A stretch of DNA of 64,000 nucleotides from a bacterium (lineage in GTDB: Bacteria; UBA8248). This document shows positions 1 to 64,000 of the stretch, piece by piece. The stretch covers positions 1 through 64,000 of the forward strand of contig CBDBZY010000002.1 in NCBI GenBank assembly GCA_965213685.1, in the 5' to 3' direction. Position numbers and translations under genes: made by a program. The first letter of the stretch is position 1, and every line of letters starts with the position of its first letter. The notes under the pieces are model-generated. The model saw only the letters and a program-made list of their open reading frames with translations. It was not told the DNA's origin and did not search any database.

Positions 1-6952
<6,952 letters not shown>

Positions 6953-7412
6953 GTCTCTCCAGCTGTATAGTAGGCTGTGGAGTAGTTGGATCGCTACGAT
7001 CGGAGTATGGCACCCGAGGAATTTTAAATGGTTGGCTAATTACTGCAAGCGGAAGTGAGTTAGTCTGCAGTCTAATTAATGCTCACCTGTGACCCCACCC
7101 TTGAAAATTAATCTATTTTTAGTATATAGATTTGGAGAAAGCACGTCCTAACCATTTAGTTAGGACAGCGTGGCTACAAGGATTGTTGTATATCCATTAG
7201 TTAGTAGGCGAAATTCTTGGAGAGCTCAATTTTGCAACCAAGACACACCAGTAGTGCATGAGTACAATAAGGCCACTGTGAGATTTTTGTGGTCGATTAA
7301 ATTTTTATAAGATCAGCATTAGCTTATAAGGCAATGCTAGTCCCATGAAGAATGATCATTGTTACTGACATCAATGCACAAAATAAAATATTGCAACTGT
7401 AGACATCAAAAT

Positions 7413-7542
7413 CATAGATATTAACCTCCGAACCCTATAATTAGAGCTACACTCGCTTGCGTTATGTCATATCTGGCGAAACAGTGAGGGAGGTGTGAAC
7501 GAGTGTAAATTATACCCCCGGTTCGGAGGTTAACTATCTATG
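7413..7542. mobile_element. Short MITE with ~22-bp TIRs and target duplication
   Basis: catagatattaacctccgaacc ... ggttcggaggttaactatctatg, with 'tcaaaat' directly repeated on both sides. Confidence 0.75.
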
Positions 7543-7554
7543 TCAAAATCGATA

Positions 7555-11899
<4,345 letters not shown>

Positions 11900-12040
11900 C
11901 TTTTCGCTTTGCAAATGCAATACACGGAGTGAGTGCTTATACAATTTATACAGTCTATGGGGATGCCTATACTTTCAACTATTGTTCATAATTATCTTGT
12001 CAAATTCACCACAAGCAAATCCACCGTCGATCGGAATACA

Positions 12041-12054
12041 GTAACTATAGCAAC
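12041..12054. promoter_or_regulatory. RFX X-box in the LRRC63/NHE divergent promoter
   Basis: GTAACTATAGCAAC matches the X-box consensus and lies ~140 bp upstream of the LRRC63 ATG. Confidence 0.6.
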
Positions 12055-12375
12055 CATAATTTCGCAGGCTGTCCGGATACCTCCTCCGTTGGCGTACCGT
12101 AAATTGGCTACGCACGGTCACGCGATCTACAAGTCTCGATCTAATTAATTCTCGGGGAACAACGATCCCGCCGCGTCGGGGGCAAAATTTTCAACACGTG
12201 GGATGCTGATCGTCACCTGTCTTGGATACTGATAGCGTTCTGAGATGGAAATCATTCATGATATTTGCTCCCTGATCCCGGAAGTCGCGTTCCTCGTGCT
12301 TTTGGCGCTGTGGGTCACTTACTGAAGGGGCCGAGCTAAGAGATCTGTAGCGTAGTGAGAGGTAGCGGTAGCAGG

Positions 12376-22995
<10,620 letters not shown>

Positions 22996-23156
22996 TAATT
23001 ACATTGAACCATATTCAACCATATTCTTGTAATACTGTGATGTGTGCTATGTCATTCGCTAGGTCCTTTTTCTTTTGTGCTATTTATAGACGCAACACGT
23101 GCACTAAAAAGTTAATTGCCGATATATTGTGGTTAAGGTCACGTGATGCTAGGGCG

Positions 23157-23210
23157 TTTGGCCAATCATATTCAACGGTTTTTCAGCAGCGCGGGTAATT
23201 GGCGGTCAGA
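23157..23210 (+). promoter_or_regulatory. MCM6 promoter: CCAAT box and E2F-like sites
   Basis: gccaatca at ~23161; gcgcgggtaa and ttggcgg at ~23189-23205; CpG-rich. MCM genes are known E2F targets. Confidence 0.45.
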
Positions 23211-23276
23211 AATAGTATACCGCGTGGAGGCGTTCCAAACTAGCCATATTTCTTCGTTGTCCAGTGCACTGTAGCG

Positions 23277-30978
<7,702 letters not shown>

Positions 30979-31627
30979 TGTCATTGACAATGTACACCAT
31001 GTATATAGCCACCTGGATCTTAAAACATGCCTGTAAATTCCTATACATTCATATCCACTCCAATGTGCACTGTTAATACACAGTATATGTGACTATATGT
31101 ACACATACATCCACAGGCCACCAATACTTGTGCATATGTACCTGGATACCTGGATAAGCCAATGAGACTTATTGTTTTCCTATGTCAAAAAAGGGAAAAC
31201 TACAATAATTATAATTATAATAATTTCTAGGACACTGGAATTTTTCTAGGCCAATGTGGGAATTTTTTACAAAATTTGTATGTGTGCTACTTAACGCTGG
31301 AGAATACAGTAAACTTTCTAAGGCCATATGCATGGAAACTTGATGAAACTTTCTAAGTTACAAAGCCTTCTCTGTATTCTTGTAGAGTGTATGCTTTATA
31401 GAATAGAGTTACATTCTTTATCTACTCTAGTCCTCTCTCCCATTTCTTTCCTTCCTGTAGTGTTATACACATAAGTGTTCACTTGGTTTGCATACAACAG
31501 TGTATACATATTGTAGATGGACAGTCACACATACATAATTATATGCATATATACACATAACAATATTGGATGTCTGAAATACATGTGCTAATCTTTGGAG
31601 AGTAGTGTGTCCAGCTGGGACTGGTGG

Positions 31628-32082
31628 CTATAAGCTCTGGGAGTGGGACAGAGAGAGGAAGAGAGTGATCAGCACGTCATGTGACAAACACTCCACCCTC
31701 CAAAATGTACTCCTTCCACTGCACATCCCAGGGTTTACCTGCTGTTTGTAAGCCGAGCCTGTGATTCTCTTGTCCCGGGACATCATCTTCTTGTCCCATC
31801 CATCAAGCGACCATCTTTTATTCTGCAGCAAACACATGACGCTGTTGAGCAGTACGCATCTCTTGCACAGTGTTAACTACTTTTCCGCAGCATAGATAAG
31901 TTTATTTATGACCGCAGAAAACAAACAAAATATCGACACTGGAGAAAACAATCTAGATATTGAAAGAGGAAGTGGCTTACCTTTCCGCCACGTTCTAATC
32001 TGTTCAAAAAGTGAAGTCCTGATCCAGCAAAGACAATAGCGCCAGCTATGATGATAAAGGACGGTAGAGCCTCGGGCCACAT
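31628..32082 (-). CDS. NDUFA1: NADH dehydrogenase 1 alpha subcomplex subunit 1 (MWFE)
   Basis: Exons 31981-32082 (MWPEALPSFIIIAG...RLERGGK), 31739-31822 (NKRWSLDGWDKKMMSRDKRITGSAYKQQ) and 31628-31636 (SL*); 64 aa. Confidence 0.9.
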
Positions 32083-32212
32083 CTTGAGCTTGAATCTCCA
32101 ATTATAGCGCCCTTGCAACTTCTCACGTGATAGCTGTGGTGGGCGTTAATTGGCGCTTTGGTCTATGTGGGTGGAGCTGAGTTGTAACCAACGAAACGGG
32201 CTAACAACCTCA

Positions 32213-33367
<1,155 letters not shown>

Positions 33368-33959
33368 AACACATCCTCCATGGCTTGAGCTCCTGTGCAT
33401 TATGAATCCAGTCTTTACATAGCATTATTATATACTCATGTGTGTCATCTTACTTTTCATGGTATCACTTATCCTTCACCAACCATAACAGAACACCTCT
33501 GAAAGAATAACTGTGTATTAAATAATTAATTTGATATGGGTTTATGGAAGACCACAGGGATCAAGCCATCCATTCCACTTGATCCAACCACGTAGCATGT
33601 ATTGCAACGGTTCCTTTGGATAGTAAAACAAGCTCTTGTACAGTTCATCATTGCTGCACAACTCTATGACCCCTTACAGTAGCAACTGGCAAAGCCACAC
33701 CCTCCCTCCAACCATCTTCCTTTTTAGAGGGTGTGTGGACTAGCCAGCAACCACTTAATGTCTTCTGTTGGGAGGCTAATCAACACTATGGCCACAGCGG
33801 TCTAGTACCTTTGCTATTACATGTACAATAGGTATATATAGCAATACACTGCATTACTAGATACACCATGGTCATATGTAATAAATAGGTTCTATACAGG
33901 AAACAGACATCAGTGCTGTCAGCTCATTGCACTGTCAATAGGCCTACAGTAGGTAGTGG

Positions 33960-34692
33960 TTATTTCAAGTGCTTGAACAAGTTCTTTGATACCTGTATGT
34001 TGGAGAGGAGGGAAACAAGAGGGAGGGAGGGAGGGAGGGAAGGGGGGAGAGGGGGAAAGGAAGGGAGGGGGGGAGAGGGGGAGAGGAAGGGAGGGAGGGA
34101 GGGAGGGAGGGAAGGGGAGAGAGGGGGGGAGAGGAAGGGAGGGGGGAGGGGGGGAGAGGAAGGGAGGGAGGGAGGGGGGGGAAAGAGTAAGGCAACATTC
34201 GTAACTGAGAAGAATAGGAATACTTACACAATGGTCTACGCAGTGGACAAAGTCATAAAGCTCTTGTTCGCAGGTTTCGCTTGTCTTGCTTTTGCTGGAC
34301 ACTCTCTCGTTGCATCTGTCCAGTTCTTCCTGAAGAGCAGTGCATTTCTTGGTGCTGCCACACTTCTCTCTCAGCACCTCCTGGTAATCTACTGCATCCT
34401 CTTCCTCTTCTTCCTCAGCCTAGTGAGTGGAGAAAGGGGGACCAAAGGTGTTGCTCCAATTAGAGCACATCATGCAGTCTACTTAGATCAAACCACCTTT
34501 GTACACCCACGTCTACCTGGAGCCTATACGAAACTCTTCTCATAAAGCCTTGCTGCTTTTTCTAGCTACTGATCTCTACGAAGCATTGTAGCCTAGCATC
34601 TACCAGGCGGATCCACCCGCATCGTTCTCAGTACACGCTTCGGCTGATACTACTTCTCTCTCTACCTGTACTTGTTCGTCTTCGTCAGACAT
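33960..34692 (-). CDS. UQCRH: Cytochrome b-c1 complex subunit 6 (hinge protein)
   Basis: Exon 1 34666-34692 (MSDEDEQVQ); exon 2 AEEEEEEDAVDYQEVLREKC...CNERVSSK...ETCEQELYDFVHCVDHC; exon 3 VSKNLFKHLK*. Confidence 0.93.
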
Positions 34693-34736
34693 TTTGAGGA
34701 GAACACAACCGCTGGCAACAAAGATGCGTGAGAACC

Positions 34737-34749
34737 AGGTCAAAGGTCA
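34737..34749 (+). promoter_or_regulatory. Perfect DR1 nuclear-receptor element in the UQCRH/SDR divergent promoter
   Basis: AGGTCAAAGGTCA. Confidence 0.45.
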
Positions 34750-34789
34750 AAGCCGGCGAGCACCAATTAGAATATCCACCCGCGGCACA

Positions 34790-38735
<3,946 letters not shown>

Positions 38736-38852
38736 CATTCTTTCACTGTGTGTGTGTACATGTGGTGCTGATTTTGATGGAATTGTGTACTGGCAGGGGA
38801 GGGAGGGAGGGCACTAACAGAAAGATAAAGGAGAAGAAGAGGGAAGGAGAGA

Positions 38853-38912
<60 letters not shown>

Positions 38913-39323
38913 TGTGGTGCTGATTTTGATGGTTGTGTTTGAATTATGTACAGGGAAGGAAGGAAGGGAGGGAGGGCGCAGATATATAGAGAGGGGAGGG
39001 AGAAGAGGGAGGGTGTGTGTGTGTGTGTGTGTGTGCTTTGAATTATGTATTGGCAAATGGCAATGAAGAGGTGAGGGAGAGAGGGAGGAAGAGCACAGAA
39101 AGATAGGAGGAGAGAGAGAGAATGTGTGTCTGTGTGTGTGTGTTTCTACACCAGTATATATACATGTATATACGTATGTGTGTTAAGTGCAATCAATTAA
39201 CAATTTGTTTGACGATACAAGAAAAGATGATTGTCAATTAGTGACAAAGATGACTTGCATGTCTACTGTTATAATGAAAGTAGTCAGACAAGTGAATCAG
39301 GTTCCCCAAACCAGTCAAACTGG

Positions 39324-45586
<6,263 letters not shown>

Positions 45587-45773
45587 GTCCGGAGCAGAAC
45601 GCGCCAAGCACAAGAACGACAGACGCAAGAAGTGGCGAGATGTTGGTGCGCTTTATTTAGCATTAAAACCTGACCTTTGAATCCATACCTTAGCGCTGCC
45701 TAGTGGTTTTGTCCCCACCTCGCTCCGAGGTGGTATGGGAACGAGACTGAGCTTATTCTAGCGTGTGACAATT

Positions 45774-52504
<6,731 letters not shown>

Positions 52505-52509
52505 TCTCT

Positions 52510-52572
<63 letters not shown>

Positions 52573-52575
52573 TCT

Positions 52576-52644
<69 letters not shown>

Positions 52645-52883
52645 TCCCTCTCCCTCTCCCTCTCCCCCCCCCCCCTCTCCATCCCCTCGCACACCTCATA
52701 TGTGACATGTATATACAGTTTTTATTCTGACAATGTGTCCATATACATGTATACATCAGCAATGAGACAGATACACAGTCACACAATGGACATCATAATA
52801 AATGCATGCACAATAATATGCTTATAGAGTACGTGCTACAATAGCATGCCTATATGTGTGTGTATACATAGTACAGCTGTTGC

Positions 52884-56435
<3,552 letters not shown>

Positions 56436-56473
56436 AATGAGCTCCAGTGTTTTGTATTGCATCCATGCAGCTC

Positions 56474-56487
56474 GTAGCCATAGTAAC
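56474..56487. promoter_or_regulatory. RFX X-box upstream of ZBBX
   Basis: GTAGCCATAGTAAC, ~40 bp upstream of the inferred ATG. Confidence 0.65.
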
Positions 56488-57010
56488 AAACACAGCAACG
56501 TGATGAAATTACATTGCCACTTTTAATTAGAATACCATGCGTCAAAAGATTACGTAATAATTATTTCGCGTAACATAATGAACAGGGACATACTCACAGT
56601 TGCCGGTGACATCATATCATTTTATCCCCGGGGTCTCTGGGGCCGGGGTGGAGAAATCTACGAGAACGGGTATCCGATTCGTGAACTGCGAGTGGAGTGT
56701 TTGGCCCGACGCGCCCATTGAGAACCACACGACGAGGACGACGGCACGGGAAAAGGCGCGGCAGTGTCTGGCTGTTGTTGAATAGGCGTTCACCCGTAGG
56801 TCGAGAGCGCGGTGAGCCGGAGGAATTGTTCCAGTGACGCTACTATCGACTCCCTCCCCCCCCCACCCACGAACACCATACCGCAACGCCATTGTGTTTC
56901 AAGTTGACTAGCAGAATTTTGCGTCGCCGTGAAAGATTAGAGTCGTATTGTAACTGTATCGGAAGTTATGCCCGTCCGCATTGCAGCTAGCTGCTACGTT
57001 TGTTCAGAAC

Positions 57011-58098
57011 ATGCGTGAGGGAAGTAGCGACCATAAGGAGGCACCCGTATACCTCGCCGTCATGTCCGCGGACTCCCGTGCACCAGATACATCGACTCAG
57101 CCGTCTGTAGTTGATGCAAGGGAAGAAGGTAGTCAACAGAGCAATGTCAAAGAGAGAGCCACTGCACACCCCTCCACTCCAAGTGGAGCCATGGGGGACC
57201 CAAGAAGCAGTGAGAACACAATGAGCGCTTTTGAGATTACGAGTGTCAGTACATACCAGGAGGATTTGGAGACAAGCATGCACCACCACAAGGGATCTGC
57301 CGATGCAGAGTCCTTTGCCGAGAGCGCTAAGAAGAGAGGGCAGTCTGAATCATCCGAAACGGAAGAGCTTGCCAGAGTGCAGAGCGTGGGTGTCAGGGAG
57401 CAGAGAGTCTCGGAACAGGTTTTAGACTTTACTGAGAAGTTTTTGCCTCTCGAGTCTGCCCCCAATGGGCCTGTGATGGTGTCAGGGTTGAGACGATTCC
57501 GAAGGGTAAATAACTATGCTCGTGGACGGTGGGATGTTCAAGATGCTTTTGAGACCGAAGAGAGACAAGAGAGCGAGCAGCGTGGAACCTCCTCGAACCA
57601 GAATGTGAAGAATGGCGGGAGTGGGGGAGGAGGGGGAGGGGGAGGGGGATTGGGTCGAGAGTCACCGTTTGCAGCACGAAGAGGCGTTGGAGGGGAAGGA
57701 GGAGGAGATTTGTCCCAACAGCACAGTCGTAGCAGCAGTGAGCTGGGAGGTCAGGCCCCAGACATTGCTGTCACAGGAGAAAAAGACATCCACTTAGACC
57801 GAAGCTCAACGGTCGCAGAAACTGCGTCTCTTTCTCGTAACACAAGCTTTTCCTCCCTTAGCACGGCAGTAGACAAATCTGTAGACGGAGAAGAGAAGGA
57901 GCAGAGTAGGTTGAAGGAATTAGAGGGTGAACCAGATGTCACTTACCCAGCTGGTGCACAGACTCAGTTGGTAGTGGAGGCGTTGGCTGGATCCTCACTG
58001 CAGCAAATAGTCAGCACACAGGCACACACCCAGCCAGAGGCCACGTTACCGAACAGCAACATCACAGCTGGGTCAGAATCAGGCGGAGAGGATGGACA
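57011..58098 (+). CDS. TSC22D: Exon 1 of a long-isoform TSC22 domain family protein (bunched A-like); remainder probably beyond the window
   Basis: Motif 1 SAFEITSV and motif 2 RRFRRVNNYARGRWDVQD in a disordered ORF that ends at a GTGAGT donor. I did not find the TSC box in the window. Confidence 0.7.
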
Positions 58099-59012
58099 GT
58101 GAGTACATTCCTTGTTTATTGTTTGTGGTTTTGTCTTTTGTTTACGTACATGTATAAGAAGTACATATACCAACATTTCCTCCCACTTCAAATTTCATTG
58201 ACAGGCCCCTATTAAGAACAGCCCATCATTTAACTCCTGCCAATCTGGGAGAGAGTCTCCTGCAATTTTTGGCAATTGCTCTCGCTCCCCCATTGGCTAC
58301 ACACGGTTTGCCAAACAGGCTCTCTCCACAGGTCACAACCACCCTTTGTTCCACACGCTCCACTGAAGCTGAAGGCTGTGTTTCCATTTCAGGGTTAATG
58401 TAGAGCCTGAATGAAGGTCCATGGCTATGATAATGAGCATTGCTAGGGGTTCCTGTGTTGAGGGGGTATCATGGAAGAGTGGTGCATTGTATTGTGTGTG
58501 TAAGAGATTAGCTATGGAATCCCTTGTGGAGAAAACCCTCACTTCCTCACTTCCTCTGTTCAACCAGTAGTGTGTGTGTGTGTGTGTGTGTGTGTACGCA
58601 CATGTGCACCAGCTTTGTTGAGTGGATCACCTCAACGTGTTATGTGTACAGTATATCTTTTTGTGATGTGATGGTGACAGATTGAGTGCGATGTGGGGAC
58701 TGTGTGCAAACGGAAGGCATTCAATTTCATGTCAGCATGTGTTGTATGTAGCACACCTCATCAGCGTACACGTAGCTATACAAACCACAATCATGTTAGT
58801 CTGGTGGGTATAGCACTATATGTATCCACTCTCCACCGATTGAGTATTGTCTCATCCTCTTGAGGGGGGCATTTGGACCATTTTTGTGGGGATACAATTG
58901 TTTTCCAAACATCTGATTCATACCTAGTCAACAGCTAATCACTCAGGTGACAATATGTCACTTTGGACCTAGTGGCATTCACCAGCAATGCCACTGTGGC
59001 CCATATGCACAA

Positions 59013-59290
59013 CCACTGAGCTGCCTCAGTAGGTTGGTGGACAGAGCACTGGTCTAGAGAAACAGTGACATTGGCCACCTGGGGCAGCTCACTTTTTCTT
59101 TGAAAAGAAGAGAAAGTGAGCCGTCTCAGGTGGTGGTGTTGTGTTGCCTTGCCTTGTTTGATGCGTCTCAATTACATAAACATGTACGTACGCATACATG
59201 TAGGTTCGAATCCCGTTCATCCAGGGGAGCTCAGTGTTTTCACACCATCTGCCTTGGACATGTACATGTGTCTGCCCTTGTTTTGTATTA
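59013..59290 (+). mobile_element. Rearranged or degenerate SINE-B-related sequence
   Basis: ctgagctgcctcag..., ggcagctcactttttct..., ggttcgaatccc. Confidence 0.55.
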
Positions 59291-59349
59291 CATTGGGATG
59301 GTCGTATACGTAACAAGCGCAAGAAATGAGCCATAGGAAGAGTGAACTT

Positions 59350-59562
59350 ACACGATGAAAAGGCTTTAAAAATTTTTTGGAGAAACTCTGAAAAACCGGC
59401 AGCCACCCGGGATTGAACTGAGGGCCTCTGACTTAACGCTGTCAGTGCTCTACCACCTGAGCTATAGCCACCGGGTGACAGCCAGCCAGCCTTTATAATT
59501 CTCAATATCACTCTGTGTGTGCCATAAGAACTCCATTAGGGATTGACCAGTATCTCCTCTCC
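59350..59562 (-). mobile_element. SINE-like family A copy with 5' extension
   Basis: Homologous to 4786 and 14637, including the upstream gagtgatattgag...ggctggctgtcacccggtggc segment. Confidence 0.8.
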
Positions 59563-60530
59563 TGTATTACGTATCACGTCTGTCTGCCATATGCATACAT
59601 GTACATAGTATGTGACTTGGCAAGTGCATAAGATGATCTTCCTTATGCTTGTACACTGTGTACACTGCTGTACTGTATGTGTGTGCAATACAGCATACAC
59701 ATGGTATTCTCTATGCCTACCTGTACATATGGTCATGACATGCAAGCCCAATATGAAGTGAGCATAATTGCATAATTGCAATATTTCCTTATGTTGTATA
59801 ATTAGAATCATATTCGGTGTGTTGTAGGAACGGGTGTGCTTCAACAGCTGCAATGTGTACACATAGGGTTGTAGCACCCTCTTAACAGACACTTTGAAAT
59901 ACATGTAAGGACACTTGTTAAAGAGTACACTATACTCCTATCCCTATATACAACATCTGTGTACAATTTGGCACAGTGGAATGAGGATACCCCTCTAATT
60001 AGGGTACTTATTAATTGTCCTAAGAGTATCCTGATTCCACTGCATGTAAATCATAGCTGGTTTCTGCTTCCCCTCCTGGTTGACAAATCCGCACACAAAC
60101 AAGGAAGTAGGGAGGAAAGACAGGGGAAAATGGATGGTGTCTGCTCATTGAAATCGAGGTCACATGTTCAGGTTCAGGTCACATGTTCAGGGTGCTGTAT
60201 ATGGGCAGGGCTAGCAACAAATAACATCAGAATACTGAGCATACCAGAACTGATTTAGCAGCATCCATGACCTAGCCCACTATGGCTCTAGAAGTACATA
60301 ATTATAGTACTCAGGTAGGTATACATTTTTATTCCCTGTAGCTCTTATCTATCTGATAACATCTGTTGCCTAGCAACCATTGCTGAGGTCATACTCTCCT
60401 TTCCAGCCCACCAGGTATAATTGTACAAGGCTGTGCTGTAGTCTGGTGATATGTGTTCATTTGTGCATCTGAAGTTCATTTAATTAGTTCCTGTGGGTGC
60501 CTATCTTACATAGGGTCGGCTCAATTAGGC

Positions 60531-60563
<33 letters not shown>

Positions 60564-60568
60564 ACGTG

Positions 60569-60671
<103 letters not shown>

Positions 60672-61524
60672 GCGTGTGTGTGCCTTGGTACTATAGAACA
60701 CGTTGTGGCTCTCTGTAGATGTCTCCTTGTGAGTGACTGTTCTGTGGCAGCTGATAGTGTTGCTGGGGGGAAGGAAGGAGGAAGGAGAAGGGAGGGGATG
60801 AGGGGAGGGCGGGGGACGAGAGAAGGAGAGGAGAGAGAGAAAGGAGGAGGAGGGGTGGCAGGAGAAGTGAGGGAACGGGGCAGGGAGGGGTAGAAAGGGA
60901 AGAGGAGGAGGGAGAGAGGACAAGGGAGAGGGTATGAAGAAGCAGGAGAGTGGGGGCCTTCATGACTGTTTAGTACACAATCCAAGGAAGGCTCCTGGTA
61001 CAAACAACTGTGGTCGGTGCTACAAGCCACCACTCACCTCATCCCCTACTCCTCTGTGGTGCTTTACTGGGGGTGCAAGCCCACATAGGGAAGTCCCTGC
61101 TAATTACCCCCAATGTAGGGGAGCCCCTACTAATTATCCCACATAGTTACACATGTACATGCATATGTGTTTGTTATGTGTAGTGTCACAACTCCGAGTT
61201 TGATTTCAATATTCACTTGGTTTCTTATAATTAGAGGTTTTAGCGAGGGTTTGAAGTGTTATGCTGGGGGTCTGTGATGAATTTTGTACTGCCCCCCATG
61301 AGATGTTTTGGTAAGCTTCACTAGGTACTAAACTCAAAAGCTGAGGAGTTGTAATGATGTTTGGTACGCAAGTTTGGAACTGTTGAATAATGGGAGAGGA
61401 TTGACCGCACAAAGGGAGTACTGTTTGAGGCTTTCTACACGTGTATTCATTTAGGCAACACTGTTGTGGTAGTGTTCCTGTTTCTGAGTTTGTGGTGCAT
61501 TGGATGTGTTAGCTGCCTGTTGTG

Positions 61525-61624
<100 letters not shown>

Positions 61625-62411
61625 TATGTAAATGCCTGCGGGAACACAAGAATTCTGTAGCTTCATTCCTCCTAATAGGGGGTTGCGTGACCAGATCTCA
61701 GCAGCGAGGCAACAAGACAAGACAAGTGTGTACTACTGTGTGTGTATACGTACATTAGGTCCACCATCTGTGTCCACCATGCAGCATGATGGCCACCCAG
61801 CTACATGAATGATATCCATTTTGCATGGCAGTAGAAGAGCCTTCCTGCATGCTCCTCCTGCTAGTCCAGATATTGTCTGTGACAGCGAGACCATGACTGT
61901 AGTTGTAGACTATGTGTACATGTAGGATTTTCATAGTGTGATTTAGGGGAAAGGGAGAAAGGGAGGGAGGGAGGGAGGGAGGGAGGGAGAGAGAGAGAGG
62001 GAGAGAGAGGGAGAGGTAGAGAGAGATACAGGTATGTAAAGAGAGGAAGTGAGAAAGAGAGATGGAATGAGGAGAAAGGGAAGGAAGGAAGAAAGGAGGG
62101 AGGGAGGGAGGGAGGGAGTGAGGTAGAGAAGAGAGAGGTGGAGGGAAGAGACTCATCTCACCAAGCCACACTGCCACATAGTATGTTGCCCACTGCTTCT
62201 GTGTGGGGAAGCACTTCTTGTTTGTCTGGAGAGCAATGAGTTTTTTCCTGCCTGTTAGTCTAAACCGGTAGTGCAAAGGTATATACACCCCTCCCTTCAC
62301 AGTCTAAGTGTACCCAACAGCAGCAGATGCTTGGGATACCTCTGCCCTTGGTTGCAGGGTTGGGCATTCTACATCATGTGATAGGGCACTTGACACAGAT
62401 ACATGCTGGAT

Positions 62412-62545
62412 ATCGCAGGTTCAAGTCCCACCTGAGGCAGCTCATCTTTTTTTTCCAGAAAAATTTTTCCGGAAAAAAGAGCTATCTTCAGGTGAAGTTA
62501 CCTTCCTTTGCCTTGTCTCTACGACTGATCAACCATGTACAATAC
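62412..62545 (+). mobile_element. SINE-like family B, 3' fragment
   Basis: gcaggttcaagtcccacctgaggcagctcatctttttt...ctttgccttgtctc. Confidence 0.65.
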
Positions 62546-62658
62546 ATGTATGTATACATGCAGCCAATAGGCTGATGTGCGGGGTTGCGACAGTGGATTG
62601 TACAGATGTTTGGTGTGAGGTGGTGGCTATTTTACCAGCTATCTCTAGAATACACACA

Positions 62659-62774
<116 letters not shown>

Positions 62775-62775
62775 T

Positions 62776-62923
<148 letters not shown>

Positions 62924-63672
62924 CACACACACATGTGAGTGTGTGCCTATAATAATCCATCCATGTCACACCATTCAACTTATTATCCCCTATTAGCCTA
63001 CCCTTTGGTCTGTGATGGCATAATAATTGTATTGTATCAGTTATATTACCAAATAGGTCACCCTTGTATGCACTACCCCTATTACACCTCCCCTCCTCCT
63101 TCCTCTCCTCCTTCCCTGCCTCCCTCTCCTTCCCTCTCTCCTTCTCCCTCCTCCTCCCTCCCTCTTCCTCCCGTTCCTTCTCTCCCTCCCTCTTCCTCCC
63201 CCTCCCTCCCTCCCTCTTCCACCCCCTCCTTTCCCTCCCTCCCTCCTTTCCAATATGTCTCCTCTCCCCCTTCCCCCTCCTAGACATGACAACCGACCAT
63301 CCTACGGTGGGGAACACAGAGTCACTGCAGCACTTGTGAGTAGACGCGCATGTGTAACCAACTCTTCATAAAGCTGTATGGAGTGTTCCATTGAATGAAC
63401 ATGGGTTGTGCATGTACAGCAGTGGCTCAGCTTGTAGAGCACGGTATATTCCACCCTCCTGCATGCTTTTGAGCTGTTTTGCCTCACAGCAAGGCCCGGA
63501 CACTCCCTGGACAACCCAGGCCTAATGACAAAGTGAGAAGGGTTGTGAAGCCAGCAAGCAAAAGTGAAAGTTGAGATTTGACTGTAGTCATATGCTATTT
63601 AATACTGATGTGTGTGTGTGCCTAGCCATGACAAAGGAACCTTTCTAAGTGTCAAGAATCTCACTTAATCTA

Positions 63673-64000
63673 CAGTAGACGTCAAAATAAAGTTTACACT
63701 ACGCTATGCTTTCTGCGTACTTTTTGCATACTACATAGCATACTAAGTTGCGTAGTTATTACGCAATTAGCGTACTACGTAGTGTACAACGTTCTAAACA
63801 GCGTACTATACTGCATACTAAGTAGCATACGAGAGCTATAGAGGAAGAGGGACTTGAGGCCCCGCTTTGTGGGAGGGGCCTGGGTACGAGGCTAGCTCGC
63901 GCATAGCTATAACAGCATCCTTGCAGGATCATTAATACGCTACGTACTACGTACTATGCTGCGTACAAAACGTATTTATTGGCGTAGTATGCTGTCAACT
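63673..64000. mobile_element. Left end of a TIR element related to 14913-15611 (truncated by the window edge)
   Basis: ta|cagtagacgtcaaaataaagttt resembles cagtagggttcaaaataaagttt; CpG-rich internal tactacg repeats. Confidence 0.5.

Noticed and set aside
34604-34622. Alternative UQCRH first exon MRVDPP
   Set aside because: Splicing to exon 2 gives an immediate stop, whereas 34666-34692 joins in frame.

Overview
Eukaryotic, intron-rich, gene-dense animal DNA. It is rich in microsatellites and depleted in CpG outside promoters; a demosponge-like invertebrate is my unverified guess. I can trace 12 spliced protein genes: beta-arrestin (-, runs off the left edge), LRRC63-like (-), endosomal NHE SLC9A6/7/9 (+), MCM6 (+), NDUFA1 (-), TCTEX1D2/DYNLT2B (+), UQCRH (-), an HSDL1/HSD17B12-like SDR (+), IWS1 (-), TMCO3 (+), ZBBX (-) and exon 1 of a long TSC22D/bunched gene (+). 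Five pairs are head-to-head. A tRNA-Gly(TCC) lies antisense in a ZBBX intron. Introns hold two tRNA-derived SINE-like families, many MITEs (some nested) and minisatellites. The most notable observations are: (1) a 4-copy dispersed repeat carrying a CpG-decayed minimal type I hammerhead ribozyme (retrozyme/Penelope-like); (2) a unique ~200-nt structured segment in an IWS1 intron with hammerhead core motifs in a permuted, pseudoknotted order; (3) a U12-type intron in the NHE gene; (4) a pseudo-enzyme-like SDR with a long disordered tail; (5) RFX X-boxes and DR1 motifs. All calls are by eye, with no searches run, and exon coordinates may be off by a few nt.
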